Origin: Octopus sinensis
Lineage: Eukaryota
Length of the DNA: 64,000 nucleotides
Direction of reading: 5' to 3'
Assembly (NCBI RefSeq): GCF_006345805.1
Contig: NC_042998.1
Location: 38,564,001-38,628,000, forward strand
Shown: positions 54,405 through 64,000 of the stretch, one piece after another
How the letters are laid out: each line of letters starts with the position of its first letter
Position numbering within the stretch: the first letter of the stretch is position 1
Made by a program: the position numbers and the translations under genes
Notes under the pieces: model-generated
What the model was told of the DNA's origin: nothing
Database searches by the model: none
Seen by the model: the letters and a program-made list of their open reading frames with translations, nothing else

Positions 54405-55000
54405 TTATTTCCTGACTACTTAGAGTGTAAAACCACAGTACTGATAATAAGGAAAACGAAGAATTTGATAATTCAGGCTTTCCTCTTCGTCTATTCATAA
54501 TAATAATTGTCCGACACGTGTTTCGATCGTATCAATTGCAAATTGCTTCATATTTCTATGCAGGGATTTGTGGATAATTTGTACGCTCTCTTCAGAGTGA
54601 ATGAATATGCCATTGTTCAAGGAGTAACTCTCCCCGTTATTAGTTTAAATCAGGCTTGGTAGTGGTAGTAGTAAATCATGTTGTTCAACTATAAGTTGCT
54701 GTTCACAACTGATTATTGTACCAATCTGGTGGCAACAGCAGCAGCAGCGGTCTTTGTTGACGTTGACAAATTTTACTTGACCGTTTCGCAGTGGTCCTTT
54801 GTTGAACACTTTTCTTTTGAATTATTCTGCATCCATTATAGTCTGGTGGTATTCTAGAGTTTTGAGTTTGTTGTTCTATTGAAATTGTGATGGAAATATT
54901 AGTGGATGATTAGTAGTCTGAATGTTCAAATTCTTCGTTTTCCTTATTACCAGTAATTACCAGTATTGTGATCCTACTCTCTAAGTAGCCAGGAAATAAT
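54405..55000 (-). mobile_element. Penelope-type pLTR with inverted ends and an intact-core hammerhead-like motif
   Basis: 54405-54478 is an inverted copy of ~54915-55000. Minus strand 54506-54602 reads CTGAAGA-GAGCGTA...TACGATC-GAAA-CACGTG-TC. Confidence 0.7.
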
Positions 55001-55005
55001 CCGTA

Positions 55006-55055
<50 letters not shown>

Positions 55056-55062
<7 letters not shown>

Positions 55063-55213
55063 ATATCGTGTACATTAAAACACATTAAGAGGCTACCATC
55101 ATAGGAAAGCCTTGCGCTAGAAAGAACAGTTAAAAATTCAAACCACTAATTAGGGATAAATTCTCGAAGGGAATGAAAATTAAATGTGTTTTAATGTACA
55201 CGATATCTTATAT
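55056..55213. repeat. Small element with perfect 31-bp inverted ends in (TA)n
   Basis: atataagatatcgtgtacattaaaacacatt ... aatgtgttttaatgtacacgatatcttatat. Confidence 0.8.
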
Positions 55214-55298
55214 GAATAATATATAGTCTGTTAAGTTTTTTTTTTTTGCGCTAGGCCACTGGTAATAAAACATTTCTATAATTCTTATTACCCTAATA

Positions 55299-55336
<38 letters not shown>

Positions 55337-55811
55337 GACACTTACTGTAATTATCCCTTTGGCAACCTCGTACGTATAATCATTGAAGCAAGGAAATGTT
55401 TGATGCAACCCCACCCTGTCTGAAGTAAATTACAGCTCTTCTACGTCATGTCTCATATATTCTGATGTGTGTGTGAGGAATGTGCCTGTATTTTTAGAAA
55501 GCAAAATAATGGAGAAGCGAAATGAAATACAAAGTGGAAACGGGATGTTTAACAGGGGAGGGAGTAAAGAGAAACGTAATATGACAACAGGAGTACGTAA
55601 CTAATTTGCAAAAATCCAGGCATCACCTTCCCAGGAATATCAAACAAGTTGAAAACAATTGTTTGATTTTGTCTCGTCTCAAATACCTCGATTATTTGCT
55701 ACATGAGGAAAATGTCATGATAATACTTTGAAACACAAATTTGCAGATATATCATCCGCTGCTGAGTCTATGCTGTTGCTACTGCAGTTGTTGTTGCTTT
55801 TGTTATTATAA

Positions 55812-56013
55812 AAGGCGGTGAGCTGGCAGAATCGTTAGCACGCCGGGCAAAATGCTTCGCCCGTTGCTACGTTTGAGTTCTAATTCCGTCGAGGTCGACT
55901 TTTCCTTTCATCCTTTCGGGGTGGATAAATTAAGTATTATTACGTACTGGAGTCGATCTAATCGACTAGTCCCATCCCACCAAATTTCAGGCCTTGTGCC
56001 TATAGTAGAAAGG

Positions 56014-56063
<50 letters not shown>

Positions 56064-56815
56064 AGTCGGCGAGCTGGCAGAATCGTTAGCACGCTGGGCG
56101 AAATGCTTAGCGGTATTTCGTCTGTCTTTACATTCTTAGTTCAAATTCTACCGAGGTCGACTTTACTTTCATCCTTTCGGGGTCGATAAATTAAGTACCA
56201 GATACACATTGGAGTCGATGTAGTCGACTTGTCCCCATCCCCAATATGTTAAGCCTTGTGACTATAATAGGATTATTGTTGTTATTATTATTATTATTTT
56301 CTTTTTATCACAGGTTTTGCTAGAACTCCTGGAGGCTTGCATGCGTAGTGGACTTGCTACCTGCAGTCTACAGTACCATGCTATCGGTACTTTTCAACTA
56401 TCTAATACTTTCCTGATTATTCTGGCTGTGCCAAGGAGGCAAACCTTTTGTTACAGTTCGACTGGGCACTCATCCTTTCGGGATCGATAAATTAAGCACC
56501 AGTCGAGTACTGGGGACGATATGATTGTCCCCCTCCCCACAAAATCCAAATTGTTGTGCCTATAGTAGATAGGATTATTATTACTATTATTATAAACGAG
56601 TTTGAGTTGACAGAATCATTAGCACGCAGGACGAAATAATTAGCGGCATTTCTTCCGTCATTACGTTCAGAGTTCAAATCCCGCTGCGGTCGACTGTTTT
56701 TCATCCTTCCAAGGTCGATAACATAAATACCAGTTGAGCGCTTGGGTCGATGTAATCGACTTGCCCCACTTCCCCAGAAGTGCTGGCCTTTTGCCAAGAT
56801 TTGAAGCCATTATTA
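55812..56815 (+). mobile_element. Head-to-tail cluster of four SINE family B copies separated by (ATT)n tails
   Basis: Copies at 55812-56060, 56063-56297, 56470-56595 (5'-truncated) and 56597-56815. Confidence 0.88.
56298..56470 (-). mobile_element. R4/Dong-type LINE 3' end inserted at a SINE (ATT)n tail
   Basis: Minus strand PVEL*QKVCLLGTARIIRKVLDS-stop, then UTR, then (TAA)n. Confidence 0.8.
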
Positions 56816-57813
56816 TGTGCTTCTATTTGTGTATGTATGGGTTTTTTTTCTTTTTTAATGAAGCTTTCTCTTTTGACTTTTTGCCTGTTACAAGTGGCAT
56901 GAAATACGAAAAGAAAGGGAAATTATATGGGCAAAGAACCAGAAGCATCACAAGTCAAAAGTTCACGAGAAAATGCTCACTCTATACCTTACTACCACCC
57001 CTCTCTCTCTGTGACGGATACACACACACACACAAACACACACATTCGATTTGCTTCCTGACGTTGCTCTTAAATTTTGTTTTTATACTTACGTAACATA
57101 TCTTAAATATCAGTTTCCCGGTCATTGGGTTCTCATAAAACTTCTAAATTGTAATAAATGAATGTGAAATACAGAGATAATTCTCAAAGATATTATTCTG
57201 GTTTTTCGCAATTGAGGCAGTATTAAATTAAAATAGGCAAATTTGTAACATAACACTGAATTTATACATATTGTAGATAAGTCACTTTCTGCAGTGTTTT
57301 AGCAAAAACAGCATTTTTAATAACTGGGCTGTGTTAGAAACACAATAAATATCAGAAGACAAAAGATGTTGCCAGAAGCGACCAGCAAGAACGTCAGATG
57401 CATTTCCACTTTGTTGCGCCTTTTCAATAACTCGCCCTAGCAGTTAATCATTTGCTCACATGAGAATTCCTTGCATCTGATATAAGAAGATACTTGCAAC
57501 ATCACTGAATAATTCATTCATTTTTCAAAATCCTATATCAGAAGTGAGGCTTGTTCGTACAAGTATGTGCCTGTCTGCGAGTACGCGCCATTGAAAGGAA
57601 CCGAAAAGTCCCAAATGCATCTAACGTTCCAGCTCACCGCCGCTGAGAATAATTTTCTGTTCCTTTAATACTTACTGTGTTTCTAACACAGCACCTCCCT
57701 AAGACATCTAATAAATACTTGGTCAATTGTTAATGTTTATACAACAAGCATGAGATATAGATGACTAAATGATATTAATATTTTTCATGTTATATTTATA
57801 CAATTAAAATATA

Positions 57814-57975
57814 GGCGTCGGAGTGGCTGTGTGGTAAGTAGCTTGCTAACAAGCCACATGGTTCCGGGTTCATTCCCACTGCGTGGCACCTTGGGCAAGT
57901 GTCTTCTACTATAGCCTCGGGTCGATCAAAGCCTTGTGGGTGGATTTGGTAGATGGAAGCTGAAAGAAGTCCACG

Positions 57976-58008
<33 letters not shown>

Positions 58009-58212
58009 ACATGTTTGTGTGTCTGTGTTTCGCTTGACAACCGATGCTGGTGTGTTTACGTCCCCGTAACTTAGCGGTTCGGCAAAAGAGACCGATAGAA
58101 TAAGTACTAGGCTTACAAAGAAAAGTCCTGGGGTCGATCTGCACTACTAAAAAAGGCGGTGCTCCAGCATGGCAACAGTCACATGACTGAAATAAGTATA
58201 AGAGTAAAGAGT
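57814..58212 (+). mobile_element. SINE family A, full length
   Basis: Head-to-tail match with the other copies. Confidence 0.92.
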
Positions 58213-59049
58213 ATACGTATAAGCTATTTGATATAACGTTGCCCCATGAATCCGCAGAACTGCTTAGCATTATTTCGTTAATCGTACTACCCAGTATAAC
58301 TATTTGCTTCGATCTGCATGGTTTCAAAACACTTTTACAATGCTTTCTAAAAGTGAAAATCTTCCTGATACCCTTGGAAACACTGAACAGAGAGATAGAT
58401 AGAGACTTGAGTGATAAAGCGTGTCATTGCTACAATGAAATTTATTGAAAGATTACGTTGTAGTCGTCGTCGTCGTTTGTGTTGGTCAGCCGAAGACATC
58501 ACTTTTCGCATGAAATTCTAATCAAATAGCCTGTCATTAGTAACTAGAGATTATTTACGAATTTTACCCAAAACTAAATTTTATCCATTCGATTATTTTT
58601 CGATAATTTTTTTGTTTATATTCTACAGACTAAGAAATTCTGAAATTTCAAGTTTTCTCACATATTAGTTACTAGTATCTTGCAATGAAATGTAATTATA
58701 TATGCGGGTATCAGGCGATTAAGAAAAGCATTATTGCACAGAGTAAGACAAGTTGTAGCGAAAAAAACGAACTATTAAATAATGGTCAAGCGAGACAATT
58801 CCAATCTATTGCGAAGTGTTTTATGTGCTTCCTGAAGAGTGGAACTAGTTAGCTACAACGTAAATTACTCTGGTTATCGCTGTAACAACCTATTTTCCGT
58901 TTCTATCTGTTGACCGAGAGGTTTTCTTTTCAATGATAAATTGCGAAACAATAACAAAATACAGCTTATAAATATAATAAAAAAAACAACCACAATTGTT
59001 TAAAATCTTGGGGAAGGTATCTCCATATATATATATATATATATATTTC

Positions 59050-59454
59050 ACAAGCCAGCCCCATACTCAACTCGTCCTGTCGAAAGACCCTTGTCCTACG
59101 TCCTGGTTTTGTTTTGTTGTTTATTTTTTATTTTTACCGTTATTGTTTTTACGTTTTTGTATTCTTATTGGTGTCACGTATTCTGTATTTTTGTTTGTGT
59201 ACTTCGTTCGTTTTCCGTCCTTTCGTTGTATACATTCGAAGCTTTCTTCCAGGGGATCTAATGCGCTTGGCTTAGATTTCCCTTGGCGGGCTTGCCATAT
59301 CGGAGCAATCTCAAGATTAATCAGCCGAAATTGCTAAGATGATCTGGTTCTTGACTGATGACTGAGGGCTTCGAATGTCCCGTCCTGTGGTTCTTGTGTC
59401 GTCTCTGTGGTGTTTCATGTTCTTGTCCATGTCTGTAATTATTTTTACTGTTTA

Positions 59455-59458
<4 letters not shown>
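59050..59458 (+). repeat. pLTR-like repeat between (TA)n tracts with a multi-helix RNA domain
   Basis: CATTCGAAGC/GCTTCGAATG encloses two hairpins plus GAAA and CTGATGA motifs. Confidence 0.6.
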
Positions 59459-59519
<61 letters not shown>

Positions 59520-60619
59520 GGTATGAAGGTTAAGTGGAGTGCATTTACTTGAAAGAGTATGGTTGTGCTATAATCCCTAATATACAACTTCAAATAGACA
59601 AACAAAAGCATCCAGTCAGTTTAGCCGAGGCTCGTAAAACTAAATTGCTGCGTCCTTGTTAATGGATACATTAAGACAAATATGGAGGAATCGATATCCT
59701 CTGTTGTCTTTACATTGATCTTGAAAGTTAATGAATGTCTTCAATGATTCTCATTTAAACAACTAATGGTAATGCAATTAAAATGAAACACGGCATATAA
59801 AAATAATCGAACATAATAGTTCTTTCAGTCGATTTAATTTCCCCATACATGATAAAAATCTCATTATTATTTATTTTAATGCAAACATTCACGTGGTTTC
59901 AATTTTCTCTAAATGTAATATACATTCTCAGTAATCAAGAGCTCATTTATAATATAGGATTATCCATATACACACATATCTGTGTGTGTGAACACACTCT
60001 TACATATGTATATCCATTCAGGTATATGTTAATGGGCGCATGTATATTGTGCAGTGTTTGCTCTGTAGTTGACGTATGCGAATATATGTTTACATGTATT
60101 CTTCAATTTCTACCTCCGACATAGCATATGTTAGTCAAGTTCTCTGGCTGATAGTACTGTTTCTACTGAACCATTTCATTATTCTACCATTTATATGATT
60201 ACTTATTCTAAATCGCAACTCTTATCTCCACAATAAGCGTCCTATAAATAAGTAATTGTTCCTTTTTAGGGATCCTGTTTTTACGAACGAAGGAAAGCGA
60301 TCGACGCTGATTATACATCTTTCGATAGAACGATAGAACATCCTCGTAATGTGTTCTCAAATGGCATATCGGTTTAAGTAGTAGATATTTTTCAGTGGCA
60401 CTTTTAAACTAAATGGTGTCATTATGGAAAAATAATTACAGGCGGGGAAGATAGCTATATACAAATGTTATTATAGTGTAAATTATTAACCGTTGCAACA
60501 GGCAGTTAGAGTCTCAATCCTTAAGTAGATTCAGTATGATAATGTGAGAGTTCGAGACTTTAAATTAGTGATACACTCTGTCTGTCTTTCACACTGTATC
60601 TATCCAATTTCACGGCTGT

Positions 60620-61540
60620 GTATGAGATAAGCGCTAGCATAAAGACCACATCAGCAATTTTAATAAGAACCTATATATGCAGGTTCAAGGAGCAGCCATT
60701 GGTGTCGGTGTAGTTGGCAACTCAGATTTATCACTCAGTGTTAAGATAGATATACTTAAAGCGGATTTATTTAGGAGAATGAACAACGTATCCCACCTCC
60801 TGTGAGATCAAGGGACATGCACAGGACTTAATCCACCGCATGCAGGTTTTTGGCTACAACCAAAGAGATGGGGTCAGAGTGTACAGAAGAGATAGGAAGA
60901 AGTTAGATAACATAAGGATGCCAATAGAACCCACCCTATATACCAGGGAACACGTAAGGAGAGACAACGAAGAATTTGTGGTAAAGCAAGCAGAATGAAC
61001 ACACACGTGGTACGAGACAGACAAATTTCAAGAGATATTGTTTGTAGAGGCCACGCCGGATGGGCAGTTAATCCGCAGGCTTAGGAAGGTTCTGGAGGAC
61101 GCTAAACCTCACATTAAATTCGTAGGTTTATACGATCATAGTTATGTAAGACACACCCCTTCGACAAATCACATAGATAACTCCACCGCTGATAGGAACT
61201 GCATTGAATGTACTTTTAACCTTAGACCCAACTGTAGGACCAAAAATGTAGTCTCCCGCATAAAATGATGGAGGGTGAGTGATTATAGGAACCGGAATAC
61301 AGCATACATCTGGGAGACTGCCAAGAGTTTAGATCAAAGAGTAAATAAACACTGGTGGGAATACAGTGACAGAAAGCGGTCGCCTTTACTCCATCATGCC
61401 AAAGACCAACATGGCGGCATGCTGAATCGAATTAGTATCGATATAACTAAATACTCAGGAGACTCATCATTATGATAGATACGTAAGTCTCTTGCCACAA
61501 ACGAGACATTGTCTATACTGAACAGAGAATATACATAGCA
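60620..61540 (+). mobile_element. Internally deleted Penelope-like element related to 18143-19665, retaining GIY-YIG
   Basis: FNKNLYMQVQGAAIGVGVVG, KIDILKADLFRRMNN, LFVEATPDGQL, CIEC..CRTKNVVSRI and AYIWETAKSLDQRVNKH..HHAKDQH. Confidence 0.82.
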
Positions 61541-61605
61541 GGAAGTAGAACCACAACGCCGTTGCTACAAACTACGCAACGCACGCACGCACGCACGCAC
61601 GCTCG

Positions 61606-61636
<31 letters not shown>

Positions 61637-61669
61637 CACACACACACACACACACCACACACACACACA

Positions 61670-62382
61670 AGTGGCTATGTGCTAAGTAGCTTGCATAGTA
61701 ACCACATAGTTCCGGGTTCAGTCCCACTGCGTGCCACCTTGGGAAATGTTTTCTACTATAGCCTCAAGCCAACCAAAGACTTGTGAATGGATTTTGTAGA
61801 CGGAAACTGAAAAAAGCCCGTCGTATATGTATATGTCTCTGTTTGTTACCCCACCATCACTTGCCAGTTGATGTTGATGTGTTTATGTCCCCGTAACTTA
61901 ACAGTTCGACAAAATAGACCGATAGAATTTGTTCGACTAAAGTCGGTGCTCCAGGATAGACGCAGTCAAATTACTGAAACGAATAAAAGAATATATATGT
62001 GTGGTAAGTAGCTTGCTAACCAACCACATGGTTCCGGGTTCAGTCCCACTACGTGGCATCTTGGGCAAGTGTCTTCTGCTATAGCCCCGGGCCGACCAAT
62101 GCCTTGTGAGTGGATTTGGTAGACGGAAACTGAAAGAAGCCTGTCGTATATATGTATATATATGTATGTGTGTGTGCGTTTGTGTGTCTGTGTTTGTCCC
62201 CCTAGCATTGCTTGACAACCGATGCTGGTGTGTTTACGTCCCCGTCACTTAGCGGTTCGGCAAAAGTGACCGATAGAATAAGTACTGGGCTTACAAAGAA
62301 TAAGTCCCGGGGTCGATTTGCTCGACTAAAGGCGGTGCTCCAGCATGGCCGCAGTCAAATGACTGTGTAAAAGAGTAAAGAG
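61670..62382 (+). mobile_element. Two tandem SINE family A copies
   Basis: Diverged copy at 61670-61991, then a younger slightly 5'-truncated copy at 61998-62382. Confidence 0.9.
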
Positions 62383-62384
62383 TA

Positions 62385-62542
62385 TAGTATTATTTTCTCT
62401 CCGTTTATTTCTGTGTTCCTTTCTGCCGAAGAGCGTAGGCTCGAAACGTAAAAGACTTTCTCTCTTCCCGAGCGTTAAACTAATACATCTGTTTGTTGTT
62501 TACACACCCGTCTTCGTCTATGGTTTATTCTGTAAATTCTCA

Positions 62543-62545
<3 letters not shown>
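62385..62545 (+). mobile_element. Penelope-type pLTR fragment with hammerhead-like motif
   Basis: 62419-62454 reads CTTT-CTGCCGA-AGAGC-gtag-GCTC-GAAA-CGTA-AAAG; ends in (CA)n. Confidence 0.65.
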
Positions 62546-62583
<38 letters not shown>

Positions 62584-64000
62584 GTAGGATTAGAATGACA
62601 GCAAGATACAAGGAGATCCATGCAAATAAATACGTGTAATTATGAAGAATTCCAATACACAGCCACTAACATCCGGCGCGCGCGCAGGTGCACGTTTTCG
62701 CACGTACACACATAAGCACAAACATACCTAAGAACACACACACCAACGCACATTCACGTACACACACGTGAACTCTCACACGTGCATGAGTACACACGTA
62801 TGCGGGAATATACACGTATACAAGAAAGCACACAAACACGCGTTTACAGACTTACATACACTCTTATTCAAAAACGGGCTTCACGGCGCGCACACACACA
62901 CACACACACATCTAGCCTCTTCGTAGTCCCCCTACGTAAGGAATTCCACTCATAAATCTTTACAGAATGGCAAGCAAATCTCAGCAGACTTGACCTCAAA
63001 GAAAAATGGCCAAACTCTTGAAGAGGTCACGGATGGCCAATGCGCACACACAAACACTCATACAGGCAGACATGCGAGCGTACACAACCCCCCACACACA
63101 CATACACACAGAGGCAAGCATACGGGTATTTTCACCCTTCTCTTGTAAGCAACCACACATCTACATACACAGGCATAAGACTGATTCTCAGATAGACTTA
63201 AGCCAGATCTTCAAGAGAGCGGGCATGTCACTGAGGAGGTCACGAATAGCAACAAAACGACTTCGGCAAACAATCGACCAGCTGATTCTTTAACTAACAC
63301 ATTAAACAAATAATTGATTAGATAGTTAATCGACTGACTAGCAATAAAAAACTAATATTCAACCAGAGCGTGTATTACTATTATTGACAAAGTAATTGAC
63401 CCTCCCTCCAAAAAAAAAAAACCCACAATAATATAGAATACTTCTGATTAAATTGAAAAATTCTGTATTTAAAATTGAACCACTTAGGCACCGGCTGTTA
63501 TGTTCAGTAAACGTGGAGTATGTTTTAAATTTGTATTTGTGAAAATGCCTACAAACGGAAAATATCACAATACTTGGTTAAATTGCACAGAACGGCGTTT
63601 CGACAACAGCAAAAGTAGACTGGCATACACACACACACACACACACACACAAAGATATACGTACATACATACATACATACATACATACACATATGTACAC
63701 AAATATTTACATATATATTAGGTTGTCTCACATGAAATGTTGCATTTAAAAAAGGAAACATTAAAATTGTTTTTAAAATTGTTTTAGAATATCCATTTAC
63801 TTCATCAAAATATGATTCTTGTTCATTTATAACCTTCATCCAACGTTCCTCTAAGGCATATATTCCATCTTTAAATAATTTGTCATCTTTTACTCTGATA
63901 AACTGTTTGAATGCTTCAATTACTTCTTTATTTATGCGTATAGAAAGCTTGAAGTGTTTAAATATGTGATAATCAGTAGGAAAGTAGCAGGAGAATAAGG

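Noticed and set aside
55812-56815. Regularly repeated units suggesting a CRISPR-like array
   Set aside because: The units are 200-bp SINEs with microsatellite tails in eukaryotic DNA, and there are no cas genes.
58828-58955. CTGAAGA...GCGAAAC possible hammerhead
   Set aside because: No convincing stem II, stem III or NUH register.
60270-60375. DADYTSFDRT resembling viral RdRp motif A
   Set aside because: The frame is short and no motif B or GDD motif follows.

Overview
AT-rich eukaryotic DNA with dense microsatellites and no intact protein-coding gene that I can support. It is most likely intronic or intergenic octopus DNA; this is inferred from recognisable SINE families and the (TA)n/(CA)n/(TACA)n load. 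Most long ORFs in the track are microsatellite translations. The window is a graveyard of mobile elements: about 25 copies of three tRNA-headed SINE families, R4/Dong-type RLE LINE fragments, Penelope-like elements (RT and GIY-YIG fragments, inverted pseudo-LTRs), CR1 and RTE LINE remnants, and a decayed mariner. The most interesting layer is RNA structure. About a dozen minimal hammerhead-ribozyme-like motifs sit in Penelope-type repeats, including a variant with an apparent compensatory A3-U8 core pair and a family with A6 replaced by a pyrimidine. Two elements (59304-59377 and 46343-46459) appear to carry the three hammerhead strands in an order that is not a circular permutation. Coordinates were read by eye and repeat boundaries are approximate.
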